Assembly (NCBI RefSeq): GCF_963921235.1
Contig: NC_086097.1
Span: 173,230,001-173,294,000, forward strand
Source: Mobula hypostoma
Lineage: Eukaryota
Direction: 5' to 3'
Length of the DNA: 64,000 nucleotides
A program made the position numbers and the translations under genes. Of the stretch, positions 12,831-26,326 are shown piece after piece (position 1 is the stretch's first letter; each line of letters begins with the position of its first letter). A model generated the notes under the pieces. It searched no databases. It was given only the letters and a program-made list of their open reading frames with translations, and was not told the DNA's origin.

Positions 12831-13573
12831 CAAGATTATGTATTAACACTTCGCTGCTAAGCATTTCAGGTATTGCTGGACTGTAATCAGAGTTACTAAT
12901 TAAAGATTGATTTTATGCAGACCAGTCTAAAAGTCACAGGTCCCAAACAGGTAAAAATACGTTTGAAAATAAATATATCTTTAAGTAACTGTCCAACAAG
13001 AATCAATGCACAAAAGACAGAGAGAACAGTGGAGATCCTATGGTTACATGCATTTATAAATGAGGCAAAATATATCTGGCTAAATTAACTGGACTTCTTT
13101 TTTTATTTTAAAAGAATGATATTTGACTGTTGTAACATAACTATAACTCTCCTCAATCTTTACCACTCAAAATTTCCAACAGCAATTAACTTCAAAAGAG
13201 TACCACCGCAATCATATTACATAAAAGTGAACATATGGAAAAATTTAAAATGCACTCTCAGGTTTAAGTCCCAACTTCCTTTTCAGCTTTTCTAATATCT
13301 TCAGCGCACTGGTGTTTCTCTTAACTGAAACACATGCATGTCCGGCGTTCCCTCAGAATACACATCAATACAAGACAATCTATTTTACAAGACAAAGTGC
13401 AAGTTAGCGAAGCAAGTGTCAGTTTTGTCTAATGCTTGTTTTCTCCAGGTTAGAAAATCCTGGATACAATTTTAATTATGAGCAAATATGCTAATACTTC
13501 AGTTGAGGAAGCATTGCATACTGTAAAAGGACTATCTGAATACAAAAGAGCTGCCTTGAAAAGGAACAGAAGC

Positions 13574-13700
13574 AGTCCTGAGAAAGGATCTTCAACCTGA
13601 AACATTTCCTCAGTTTCTCTTGGCACAGATCTGCCTGAACTGCTGAGTGCTTCCAATACTTAATGTGTCTTTTTCATATTTCCAACATCTGAAGGTTTTA
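13574..13700 (+). mobile_element. Degenerate Penelope-like 3' terminal fragment with a mutated hammerhead core
   Basis: gtcCTGAgaaaggatcttcaacctGAAACatt followed by ctgcctgaactgctgagtgcttcca, similar to the reverse complement of 51378-51507. Confidence 0.6.
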
Positions 13701-13759
13701 GATTTTCAGTCAGATGTCTTATATAACATGAAACAATACTAAAAATTACAAAATAAATA

Positions 13760-14230
13760 GAGTCGAGAAAAGGAATAATGAGAGTGTTCACGGATTCATG
13801 AACCATTCAGAAATCTGATGGCAGGGGTGAAGAAGCTGTTACCGAAACATTCAGTGTGGGTCTTCAGATTTCTATACCTCCTCCCTTGATGGCAGTAATG
13901 CGAAGAAAGCATGTCCCAGAAGGTCTTTAATGATGAATGCCACCTTCTACAGATACCACCTTTTGAAGATGTCCTTGAGGGTGGGAAGGATTGCGACCAT
14001 GATAGAGCTGACTGCATCTACAACAATCTGCAGCCTCTTTCAATCCTGCACATTGAAGCCTCCATGCCAAACAGTGAAGCAGCCAGTAACATACCAACTC
14101 TCCACAAACTCCTAATGAAATACAGCCACCAGCATGTATTCTTTCTGGTTGCATCGATGTGTTTAGCCCAGGAAAAACCTTCTGAGATGTTGATGCCCAG
14201 AGACCTGAAGCTACTCACCCTTTCCACTGT
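13760..14230 (-). mobile_element. Rex1/Babar LINE 3' fragment
   Basis: VERVSSFRSLGINISE..W, LYFIRSL, GRRYRNLKT..FGNSFFTPAIRFLN. Confidence 0.85.
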
Positions 14231-14811
14231 TGACCATTCAAGGAGGGGTCACCACAGGTTCACCACTTCTCAATGAAAAAATTCTCACCTTCGTCCTGAA
14301 AGCCTTACCCCATACCCTGGGCCTGTGTCACTTTGTTCTCGATTCCATCTCAGACCTCCAAGCAAGGAAACATCCTCTACATATCCAGTCTCTCCAGCCC
14401 TCAGAGAGCTTTACTTCTTCTGGTGAAATCAGATCTTTTATTGAACTATGAATATACGTGGTCAGTTATGAGTTGTCTGTAATGATAACTCTGCCACAAA
14501 GAGACTAAAAATTTTAGAAACCTGACTTGGTATTCGGTAAGAAAACTACTGACAAGAGAATGGTAGATAAAACTTGGCAGGGATGAGTATTACATGCTAT
14601 GCTAGCGCAACCCTCTCATCAGGCTAGTATATAAACTTGGCTCATTAGCTAACACTGCTAACATCTACTTGCCTCAGTGGTGAGAAGGCCACCTTTCATA
14701 GCAATATATGTCTAGGGTTGGTATGATTTGGGGTTCAACCAAACAGGAAAGTCGGAATGTTCCAGGGAGGAACATCGATTGGTGTATAAATACGGCTCAC
14801 ACACAATTATC

Positions 14812-17800
14812 TGTTGCCAAGAAATGACAGATAATACACCAGCATAAAATTATAAAGAAAGTATATTTACCAATTTTCAACTTTACCAAATAGTTAACAG
14901 GTAAAGAAAAGAAAAATAGAAGGGCCCATTACAGTTAAACCAGTCCAATGTGCACACAAACGTTGGAACTCATTTCTGAAGTCTTTTTCTTCATGTGCCT
15001 TGCGTGCTACACGCTTGGGCGATCATGGCTTTCCACATCGAATAATCCCATGCAGAGTCAATGATATCGCACACACTTAGATCTGTTAATTCTTTCACAG
15101 CGTCCATTTATTTTCTTCTTTGCCTTCCTCTTCCACATTTCCCAGGCATATGACCTTGTAACGTAAGGCATTCTATTTCTCCCTTTCTGATGGCATGGCC
15201 CAGGAATTTAAGTTTCCTCTCATTTAATGTTCTCATTAAAGATCTTTTTGTATGGGCATGTTGGAGTACTGTCTCATTAGCTATCCTATCTCTATATGAT
15301 ATTTGCAGCATTCTTCTAAAAAAACCGCATTTCTGTTGCTTCTAAGTTTCTTTGGCGTTCTGGTGTTATAGTCCATGTTTTGGAAGCATACAGCAAGATT
15401 GACCAGATGTAACATTTTAGTAGCCTAAGACTTGTTGTCATAGAAATGCGTCTGTTTGTAAAAATGGGTTTCATCTTTTGGAAGTTGGTTTTGGCAATGG
15501 CAATTCTTCTTTTTATCTCTACTTTACTTCTAGGATCTTGTGATATAAAGCTACCAAGGTAATTAAAGCTGGTCTTTTGTTCAATCTCTCGGTTACTGAT
15601 GTACAATTGGCAGTTGGGAGTATCCTGTTGTTTTGATATTACCATACATTTGTTTTCTTTTTACAGTTGACAGTTAGACCAAAATCTGAACTTGTTTGTA
15701 CTACTTTGGAGGATTTGTAGGTCTTCTGCAGCACTTGCTATTATGGTGGTATCGTCTGCGTATCTTAAATTGTTGATGTTAACACCTCCAATTTTTATCC
15801 CATCTAGTTCTTCTATTTCTTTGAGAATCATTTCATTATAGATATTGAACAATTCCGCATCCCTGTCTAACTCCTCTTTGAATCGTAGTCCAACTGCTTA
15901 TATTATCATCAATTTTTACCGCTGCCGTCTGGTTCCAATATAAAATCTGAAGTTGTTGGTCCCTTCCATCAATGTTTAGTTTAGCAAGAATTTGAAATAA
16001 TTTTTCATGTTGCACTTTGTCGAATGCTTTAGTGAAATCAATAAAACATAAAAATACATCATTTTGATATTCAATTGCCCTTTCTGAAAGCATTCGTAGT
16101 ATGAAAATTGCATTCATAGTTCCTCTATGCTCAATAAATCCATATTGTAGTTTAGAAGTTTCTGGGCTTAACTTGTTTTTAATTCGACTCAGAACAACTC
16201 TCAACAAAATCTTTATTACGTGACTCATAAGACTAATTGTTCTATAATTTTTGCAGTCAATAGTACCAGGAATTTTTGGCAGAGTTGTAACTACTGATTT
16301 CAAGAGATCATCAGGCAATACACCAGACTCATATATGCCATTAAACAGTTCAAAAATACTATCTATGCCCAGATCTTCTAGGGCTTGTATCATATCCACT
16401 GAAATTTCATCAGGTCCAGTGGCTTTACCATGTTTCATGCTTTTCATTGCTTTAGTTGTTTCTTCTTTGGTAAAAGGTGGGCCAGAATTAGGGTGTTTAA
16501 TATCTGGGGGTTCACTCTATTATCCTCAAACAGCTGCTCTGTATACTGAATCCACTTCTCACATACTTTATCTGGATCTGTTAGTATGGATCCATCTGCT
16601 GATCTTATGCATCCTGTAAAGGAGGTTTTCTTAATTCCAGAAATGTCCTTAACTTTCTTGTGCATTTTTTTGCTGCTGTTAATATGGCCTTCTATTTCAT
16701 TGAATTTTTGATTCAGCCATTCTTCCTTTGCAATATTGCACAATTGTCTGGTCTGTCTGATTAGCTCTCTGTATTGTACTTCACTAACCTTCTTTGTTCC
16801 ATCAGATCTAGAATTTCTTGGGTTATCCACCCCTTGTTGGTGTGTTGGATTTCTTGTACTAGGATTATTTCCTCTGTGGATTGCAGAATAGCATATTTAA
16901 ATCTGTCCCAAATAGGTGTTGTTTTGTTTTCGTTGAGGTGTTCTTCTACAGCTGTTTTGAATTGTTGCTTAAGTATACTATCATTTTTAAGTTCTCCCAA
17001 CATATACTTCTTTCTCTTTTTTCCACGTTTCAGTTTCTTTAATTTTGTTTTAATGGTAGCTATTACTGGATGGGGATCTGAACCACAGTCTGCTCCTGGG
17101 TAGGCTTTAGAATTTGTGATATTATTTCTCAAGCATTCATTGATGGTAATGAAATCTATTTGATTCCTTGTTCTTTCTCCAGGGCTAATCCAAGTACACA
17201 ATCTACGTGGATGGTTTTTATACCAAGTATTGGTGGTCACTTGGTTGTTTCTGACACACCAATCAGGAAACCTTTCTCCATTTTCATTTTTCTCCCCTAA
17301 TCCAAAGGGTCCTATTATGTTATCAACCCTTTCCTGTCCAACTTTGGTGTTAAAATCTCCCATGACTAGTTTTATATCCTGAGATTTACACCGTCGAGAT
17401 CTTCATAAAACTTGTTGATATCCTCTTCATCCGCATCATTTGTTGGCGCGTAGGCTTGGATTATGCTAATGTTAAAAGGGTTACCCCTTAATTTAACTAA
17501 ATGCAGCTGCTCGGATTTCTGAAGTAGTCGGACATATTGCTGTACTCACGCACGGAACCCACATGAAAGACACCAGCCACAGTTTGAACTTCCCTCAAAC
17601 ACTATCTCAAACATACTGGCTAACTCAGGAGCATTGACAGTTCCTCCTTGGAATCATTCATCTGCACAAAGCACTTCTTACAACAGGGTCCCTCCTTTGT
17701 GCAGTATTTTGTGGGCATCTTCCCTTGTGCTCCACTCCGCTGCTCCCACCAAAAGACCCCAAACCAGAGTACTGTCCTTCAGAAATCTCATCCTGCCCAA

Positions 17801-18018
17801 CTCTCTCAAATCTTCCATGGCATCCCATTGGGCAGAAAGTTACAATACATACCAAGGCAACCCTGATTGGCTGACACAACATTGCTAAATTGGACACCAT
17901 GGTACCTTACCTTTAGCTGAAGCCAAAACGTTCTTAATAGCAGGACACACGGCTTTTGCAGAAAACTGCAAAAATAAAAAGACCTCACAGCAGTAGAAAT
18001 CTTAACCAGGGCACAACA
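14812..18018. mobile_element. Probable solo LTR (~665 bp) split by an RTE insertion
   Basis: Termini TGTTG (14812) and CAACA (18018); flanks TTATC/CTACC could be a decayed 5-bp TSD; the halves rejoin across the RTE TSD. Confidence 0.6.
14983..17514 (-). mobile_element. RTE-clade LINE, 5'-truncated and degraded
   Basis: IIQAYAPT, MGDFNTKVG, RNQIDFI, YPGADCGSD, KATGPDEI, NYRTISLMSH, CFIDFTKAFDKV, RGVRQGC, INNLRYADD, RGRQR; perfect 11-bp TSD ATTTCTGAAGT at 14972-14982 and 17515-17525; short GAA-type tail. Confidence 0.93.
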
Positions 18019-19164
18019 CTACCTTTTGTTCTTAATGCCAAGAAACGGTCTATATTGAAAATATCATGAAGAAATATAGAAGTTAGTCAATAAGGCTAAC
18101 AAACTGTTAGTCTTAAAGTATCATTGTGTATATTGGCAGTTATAGCAATACGAAGTTATGCTTAGACCAGGCTTGGACTGTGGTAAACATTCCTAAGTAT
18201 GTCTCCAGCCTAAACTTACCATAATAATAACTGCAACCAGAGGGTAAATTCATGCACAAAAACCTCTTCGCAGCCATCTCCCTATCACTATTAACCTTTC
18301 CCAGAAATACAACCCACCAAGGCCTCTGGACTTCTCCAACACTAGTCTTTTGCACGTCTCTGATTTATTTAGTCCTCAGCTTCAGTTTGGTTATCCCTTA
18401 CTAAATCTCTCTGCCTACTTTGCTTTAAATGATGCACTTAATACCAATTCTCCTTTTGTAATTCTACGTCAAACTTGTGTCCTTTTTCAACTTGTCTGAT
18501 TTTGTATTGCTGTATAAACTTTAAACTTCTCAAAAATACGTTCCATGGATACCATAAATGCAAACTGCAGTTTTTCTTTAACTAGTTCTTTAAACTAATC
18601 ATGATTAACGTACAGGCAACCTTTGAAATTGCATGGTTTGAAGTTAATTTAGCAATATAATACTGCATTAAGCTACCTATAGTGCCTTCCATTTAACTGA
18701 CAGAGAAAGGAATTTATGCTTAAAGTCATTACAATTTAATATGTGAATCAACAACACCTCAGGAGACAACTTATACAAATAATGAAATACCTATTAAGTA
18801 CTTTCTACAGTGAGTGTTCTTTACTGACTGAAATATATAGAAGCAATACTAATGGAGGTGTCCAGATTAAATTACCCACTGTGTAAAGCTAAAAAGAGAA
18901 ATGCTGGGAGTACTCAGCAGCTTTGGTAGAATCCACTGAGAATGACAACCTACATTGGATACAAGGTACAAAAGCTTGAGATCACAAACCACCAGACCCA
19001 AGGACAGTTCCTATCCCACTGTTATCAAACTCCTGAATGGACTTCTCATATGCTAAAAGATGGACTTGTGTACCATCTACCTGGTCGTTGCTCCTATACC
19101 TCATTTTTCTACTGGCACTCTACTTTCCCTGTAAATACAACTCTATATTCTGCATTCTATTTTA

Positions 19165-19430
19165 CTTATTTTTATTTATTTATTGAGTTACAGTCCGGAA
19201 TAGGCCCTTCTGGCCCTTCAAGCCACACCGCCCAGCAACTCTGATTTAACCATAACCTAATCACGGGACAATTTACAATGATTGATCAACCTACTAACTG
19301 ATTAGTCTTTGGACTGTGGGAGGAAACCCACGCAGTCATGGAGAGAACACACAATGTCCTTACAGAGAGCAGCGAGAATCGAACCTGGGTCGCTGGTACT
19401 GTAAAGGGTTGTACTAATCATTATGCTACC
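19165..19430 (-). mobile_element. tRNA-derived V-SINE (HE1-like), inside a Rex1 3' fragment (~18950-19530)
   Basis: Minus-strand head GGTAGCATAATGATTAG (A-box) and CAGGTTCGATTC (B-box); V-domain-like TGCGTGGGTTTCCTCCCACAGTCCAAAGAC; (AATA)n tail. Confidence 0.8.
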
Positions 19431-20777
19431 AGTATTTTTTTCTCACCTGATATGCCATGTACTGTATGGCATGATCTGTCTGGATAGCGTACAAAGCTCT
19501 TCACTGTATGTTAGTACATATGACAATATACCAAGATTATATTCAACATTTCTGATGGACATTGAATTGCATGGATCACAGTAACTGAGATCTGCCATGA
19601 ACTTGGTTTTAACAACAATTAAAAATGAAACCATTAATTCTCCTACAACTCAGAATAGCTTGCTCTAATTTCTTTAAATAGGAACTCGCCATTAATCCTC
19701 TGCAAGAGAAACCTAAACTCTTGACAATTCAAAGATCCTCTAAATGGGTTTTTTTAATTTGCTATGATATCCAAAGACAAGAATATATCTTGTCATTAAC
19801 TTTCATTTTTTTTTTAACTTTCCTCTTCCTTTCCAAATTGCAGGACAAGTAAAGAATATTACAGAATCTAACATACATTTTCCCACACACTGCGCTGCCA
19901 AATTTGATATAAACTGGAAGTCAGTCATCCACTGCAAAACTTTTTATGAATTTAACAAAATGAAGTTTATTTTCCTTGAAAGAAATTCTCTTCATTCATC
20001 AAAAGGCACAAACACAGAGGGCTTGTTTCCCTCGTGTTACCCAGAGGCAAGGGATGATCACTTTTTTGGCACTCATATACTTCCCCTTCAGTAAAACATT
20101 CTTGCATTCTTGTTCAGTCACTTGAACTCCCCACAGACCAAACAGTTTGACGACTACTCACACTTGAGTAAACAGATAGAGTGGTTGTCACAGCTTGCAC
20201 AACATAATATTTCTAAACTCAGGGGTGGTATAAATGATTAAACACTCCCTATGTGCCATGACTCACATCATTGCTTTCCCATTTTCATAACTCAGGAAGC
20301 TAAATGCAGCATGGTCTCCACTTGAGATGTACATAAACTTATCAGCATGAAAAGAAATACATCAGCACTAAATATTACGTTAAAGCTGTAAAAAACTGTT
20401 TTTTTAACAAATAAGAATACAAAGAAAATACTCATGTGTTCACTTTAATTCACACCCAAATCAAAAACTCTCTAAATAAAACTAGAACTTCCAACTCTAC
20501 GAAACATGTTGCCCCCAAAATGAAGGGAACCTCTTAAAGGAGATAGCCTTGTTATATGATTAGAGTTCTGAGAAAACTCAAGACAGAAATATCATTCACA
20601 GTTAACTGAGCAACCTCTAACATAATCCCAAGAGTACAGAATAACTACATGTGAACATGAGACAGAAGAGAAAAAGAAGGTCTTTCAGTCTGTGAAACCT
20701 GCTCCACCGTTCAACAAACAGGGTTGGGCATCTACTTTAAATATCCTAATATCCAGAAATCCATCAAACCTCATTTT

Positions 20778-23700
20778 AATCCAGTGCCAGGCTTTAGATC
20801 TTCCAGAAAGGACAGGGAGAGAGGCAAAAGAGGTCGGGGCGTGGCACTGTTGATCAGAAATAGTGTCATAGCTGCAGAAAAGGACGAAGTCATGGAGGGA
20901 TTGTCTATGGAGTCTCTGCGGGTGGAAGTTAGGAACAGGAAGGGGTCAATAACTCCACTGAGTATTTTTTATAGACCACCCAATAGTAACAGGGACATCG
21001 AGGAGCAGATAGGGAGACAGATTCTGGAAAGGTGTAATAATAACAGGGTTGTTGTGGTGGGAAATTTTAATTTCTCAACTATTAATTGGCATCCCCCTAG
21101 AGCAAGGGGTTTAGATGGGCTGGAGTTTGTCAGATATGTTCAGGAAGGTTTCCTGACACAATATATAGATAAGCCTACAAGAGGAGAGGCTGTACTTGAT
21201 CTGGTGTTGGGAAATAACCTGGTCAGGTGTCAGATCTCTCAGTGGGACAGCATTTTGGAGATAGTAATCACAATTCTATCTCCTTTACCATAGCATTGGA
21301 GAGGGATAGGAACAGACAAGTTAGGAAAGCGTTTAATTGGAGTAAGCGGAAATATGAGGCTATCAGGTAGGAAACTGGGAGCATAAATTGAGAACAGATG
21401 CTCTCAGGGAAATGTACCGAAGAAATGTGGCAAATGCGTTCAGGGGATATCTGCATGGAGTTCTGCATAAGTAGGTTTCAATGAGACAGGGAAAGAATGG
21501 TAGGGTACAGGAACTGTGGTGTACGAAATCTAGTCAACAAGAAAAGAAAAGCTTATGAAAGGTTCAAAGAAACTAGGTAATGATAGAGATCTAGAAGATT
21601 ATAAGGCTAGCAGGAAAGAGCTTAAGAATGAAATTAGGAGAGCCAGAAGGGGCCATAAGAAGGCCTTGGTGGACGGGATTAAGGAAAACCACACAGCATT
21701 CTACAAGTATGTTAAGGGCAAGAGGATAAGACGTGAGAGAATAGGACCAATCAAGTGTGACAGTGGAAAAGTGTGTATGGAACCAGAGGAAATTGCAGAG
21801 GTACTTAATGAGTACTTTGTTTCAATATTCACTGTGGAAAAGGACCTTGGCGATTGTAGGGATAACTTACAGCAGACTGAAAAGCTTGAGCACACAGATA
21901 TTAAGAAAGAGGATGTGCTGGAGCTTTTGGAAAGCATCAAGTTGGTTAAGTCACCAGGACCAGACGAGATGTACCCCAGGCTACTGTGGGAGGCAAGGGA
22001 GGAAATTGCTGAGCCTCTGGCAATGATCTTTGAATCATCAATGGGGAAGGGAGAGGTTCTGGAGGATTGGAGGGTTGTGGATGTTGTTCCCTTATTCAAG
22101 AAAGGGAGTAGAGATAGCCCAGGAAATGACAGACCAGTGAATCTTACTTCAGTGGTTGGTAAGTTGATGGAAAAGATCCTGACAGGCAAGATTTATGAAC
22201 ATTTGGAGAGGCATAATATGATTGGGAATAGTGAGCATGGCTTTGTCAAAGGCAGGTCGTGCCTTACGAGCCTGATTGAATTTTTTGAGGATGTGACTAA
22301 ACACATTAATGAAGGTAGAGCAGTAGATGTAGTGTATATGGATTTCAGCAAGGCATTTGATAAGTTACCCCATGCAAGGCTTATTGAGAAAGTAAGGAGG
22401 TATGGGATCCAAGAGGACATTGCTTTGTGAATCCAGAATTGGCTTGCCCACAGAAGGCAAAGAGTGGTTGTAGACGGGTCATATTTTACATGGAGGTCAG
22501 TGACCAGTGGTGTGCCTCAGGGATCTGTTCTGGGACCCTTACTCTTTGTAATGTTTATAAGTGACCTGGATGAGGAAGTGGAGAGATGGGTTAGTAAATT
22601 TGCTAACACAAAGGTTGGGGGTGTTGTGGATAGTGTGGAGGGCTGTCAGAGGTTACAGCGGGACATTGATAGGATGCAAAACTGGGCTGAGAAGCGGCAG
22701 ATGGAGTTCAAGTCAGATAAGTATGAAGTGGTTCATTTTGGTAGGTCAAATATGATGGCAGAATATAGTATTAATGGTAAATTCTTGGCAGTGTGGAGAA
22801 TCGAGGGATCTTGGGGTCCGAGCTCATAGGATACTTAAAGCTGTTGTGCAGGTTGACTCTTATGATTAAGAAGGCACACAGTGTATTGGCCTTCATGAAC
22901 CGTGGGATTGACTTTAAGAGCTGAGAGGTAATGTTGCAGCTATTTAGGACCCTGGTCAGACCCCACTTGGAGTACTGTGCTCAGTTCTGGTCACTTCACT
23001 ACAGGAAGGATGTGGAAACTACAGAAAGGGTGCAGAGGAGATTTACAGGGAAGTTGCCTGAATTGGGGGGCATGCCTTATGAGAATGGATTGAGTGAACT
23101 CGGCCTTTTCTCCTTGGAGTGATGGAGGATGAAAGGTGACCTGATAGAGGTGTATAAGTTGATGAGAGGCATTGATCGTGTGCAGGGCCGGACTTTAGGC
23201 AGGGCTAGGCTGGGCTGCAACCCAGGGGCCCAAGCTGCAGAGGAGCCCAAAATAGGTAGCTATCATCATGGTGGACAATAAAAAATATGAGAGTGGAGCA
23301 CAGAAAAGAGAAAAGAAACAAGAACAAGAGGACCGTGAGAAAGAAGCATTAAAAAAGACATTAACATTGACAGAATTTTTTGAACCTGTTCTCGATAATG
23401 CAGCAGTACATCGCTCTTGTCACAGTCTGACACCAGTGGACAAACAGAGACTTGTACAACAGCTTAGCGCAAGCACCAGCGTTAGCACAGGACCACCGTC
23501 CTTGCCACAGTCAGCAGCTAACGTTGAAGGGGCAGAGAGCATGACTTTGGGATTCCCAACCACAGATGCTTCGAACAACCAAGTCAGGCCGCCATTAATG
23601 TTAACGTTACCGCTACTGAGGATCCTTACAGCACTGATCCTGCTCGCTGGGGAAAGGAAATGTTAGATGATTCAGTCTGAGCGTACTGGGCTAAGAAATG

Positions 23701-25277
23701 GCCGGAGTCCTGCCAGACTAAGGATGTGGATATCAAAGCATTGGAACGAGTATACAAACAGCAGAGACTTTTTTCCTCCAAATTTCACTTCAAACGCAAG
23801 CTCATAAATGGTGAGTACATATCAAGGCAATGGCTCTTATATTTCCCTTTCACCGGCTGTGTGTTTTGCTTTGCATGCCGCATCTTCAGTGATGGTAACT
23901 GTCAGTCCATCTTCGAAACTGGCTTTAGCGACTGGAAAAATGCCACCAAGCGCATAGGAGACCATGAAAATAGCGAACACCGCAGGAAAACGATACTGGC
24001 CTACATTACACTAGCCTCTGACAGCGGAAGAATAGATACAGAACTGCAAAAACAGGACGAGTCAGAGTGTGTCTACCAGACCGACATATTGAGAAGAGTG
24101 TTGGTGGTTGTGAAGTTTTTGGTCTGGCTAACCGAGGCTCCTGTGACATATTTGGCAGGCCTGACAACGGCAACTACATAGGCTCAGATCCACAATGGGA
24201 CAGGACAGGCTAAATCATCTTGCTCTGGTGTCACTTGAAAGTGATCTTGTTCGGAAACTGGGTTTTAGTGATCTGATCAAGGACTTTGCTGTGAAGAAAT
24301 CCAGAAGAACTAGGCTTTAATTTTGAAAAATAAGCATCTGACTTTGTAAATATCTAGGCTTGTGTGTCATTGCTGTTCCTGTTTTTGTGGCAATAGGCTA
24401 ATAGTTGACTGTTTACAAACTTAGTAAGTAATAAGTGGTCTTTACTCTGCAAGCCACACAGTACAGCAATAGGTTAGTATGTGCTAGATCTCATTTTTCA
24501 AAAAGACTGTTGGAGTACTGTCAAATTTCCTAGTTTGCCATAGTGCCATCTCTCTTGGCCTTTTTGTCTCTCATTTCTATTTTACTTTCTCAGAACACAC
24601 AGTTGAGAAAAATACCTAGATAAAAATGCTTTGGCATTGCTTGAGAAATAAGGCCAATGGTATGTGCAGCAACAGCTAAATAAAGACTTAAGATTGGGTA
24701 CATCATACTTCGTCTCCCTCATAACTTTACTAAGCCAACTAAGCCTCGGTCAATTTTTGAGTGCTTTAGATGCTGTCCTTCAAACTAAGAATCTGCATTA
24801 CTTTCTGTCCTCCCTCTTAAGGTCTGTAAGCTTATAACCTACGTATTGTACAAAACCAATGTCTTGGTCCACAGCTTTTATATTTAGACCAATACAACCT
24901 TTGCTCTTGTTCTTGCCATTTTTTGCTTGGTACAGCAGCATTTTATGGTGTCGGCGGGGACCCTGGCCCCACTAAATCCGGCTCTGATCATGTAGATAGT
25001 CAGAGGCTTTCTTCCAGGGCTGAAATGGCAAGCACGAGAGGGCACAGTTTTAAGGTGCTTGGAAGTAGGTACAGAGGAGATGTCAGGGCAAGTTTTTTTT
25101 TACACAGAGAGTGCATGGAATGGGCTGTCAGTGACAGTGATGGCGGCAGATACGATAGGGACTTTTGAGAGACTCCTGGATAGGTACATGGACCTTAGAA
25201 AAATAGAGGGCTATGGGTAAGGACATATTCGGCACAGCTTTGTGGGCCAAAGGGCTGTAGGTTTTCTGTTTCTATTA
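20778..25277 (+). mobile_element. CR1 LINE, 5'-truncated ORF2, interrupted by a hAT element
   Basis: EN and RT motifs across 20780-23182 ([45 protein letters not shown]); the sequence resumes at 24995 (DSQRL..RAEMASTRGHSFKV). Confidence 0.95.
23183..24986 (+). mobile_element. hAT (Tip100/ZMYM1-like) DNA transposon, internally deleted and non-autonomous
   Basis: TIRs CAGGGCCGGACTTTAG and CTAAATCCGGCTCTG; 8-bp TSD ATCGTGTG/ATCATGTA; TTF-type zinc finger RQWLLY..VFCFACRIF..GFSDWKNA..HENS; C-terminal dimerisation motif LRSTMGQDRLNHLALVSLE. Confidence 0.92.
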
Positions 25278-26122
25278 ACTCTATGGATAGAAAATTCTGA
25301 AGATTCGCTACATCTGAGTGCACAAATTCTCTTTAGCAAGAGCTAAATAGCCCAGCCCTCATTTTGAAATAGTGATTCCTAATTCTTATCTCCTCAGCCT
25401 GTGAAACATCTCCACATTATCTACTCAATCATGCCCCCGAAGAATGCTGTACATTTCAATGAAGTTATTTCTTGAACAGATGTTCTACTTCATTAACCTT
25501 TCCTCAAATGACAAATCCACTGTCTCAGGAAAGCTTCGTTATTCTTCTTCTATTATAAGTATGACCTTTATCAGTAAATAAATAGTGTGAAAGAGAATAG
25601 TGAGGTAGTGTTCATGGACCATTCAAAAATTTAAGTGGAGGGAAAGAGGCTGTTCCCAATACATTGACTTAAGAGTTCTGTCAAATGCAGCTTAATGCTT
25701 TACAAGACCCTTATTTAAAAACTAAAATTTCTAATGACAAAATGAAATAAGAGCATATCTAAGGTATATGGAAGCATTAATAAATATCAAAATTATCATT
25801 GGCTTGGTAAGAAAGCAACCACATACATCATCAATGTTTACTCATACCAACTTTCCATTCACTTTAAGCCCATATGCAATACAACCACAACAAAGCTGTG
25901 CAAATCATATAAATCAAGAGTAATTTGAGACATTAGGGTAGTTTTGCCAATGTCAATTCTTTAAAAATTATGCATAATTTTCTACAGATTTTCAAATACT
26001 AAAGAAAAATAAATTACTACAGTTGTGTGGCACACTCTGAAATGCCCAAAACAAAAAGGTAAAAATATAAATGGGCTCAAATAAACTACAACAATTTTCA
26101 TCTCAATGGAGAGTCAACTCAC

Positions 26123-26326
26123 CTCTGTAGTGGTGCCAATATCAGCAGAAGGACTACAAGTGCTGGCATCTGGTGGTGCTGTACTGACACTGCTCCTCAC
26201 AGGTGACCCTGGCATTTGTCCAAAGGAAGAATCTGGATGCGCAGAAGACTGCCGCAAAATGCCTTTTTTCTGTATTTTCTCCCAAGCATTATTCATACTG
26301 TGCGCCAGCTCATATAATAACTGCAC
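26123..26326 (-). CDS. VPS13B: Internal coding exon (204 bp, phase 0/0) of a VPS13B ortholog (intermembrane lipid-transfer protein, Cohen syndrome gene)
   Basis: Acceptor ..tttttcattctctaccgttgaatag|GTG and donor GAG|gtgagt. Peptide VQLLYELAHSMNNAWEKIQKKG..SPVRSSVSTAPPDASTCSPSADIGTTTE matches my recollection of human VPS13B (..SPVRSSIGTAPPDTSTCSPSADIGTTTE); not database-verified. Confidence 0.9.

Noticed and set aside
13450..13656. ORF containing SDSPFT as the next VPS13B exon
   Set aside because: Only a short chance resemblance; it lacks the expected TLEQ..GRVSLWMQW and overlaps a Penelope end
19380..19430. tRNA gene (also 36690-36739)
   Set aside because: Decayed tRNA-like SINE heads joined to a V-domain and tail; no full cloverleaf
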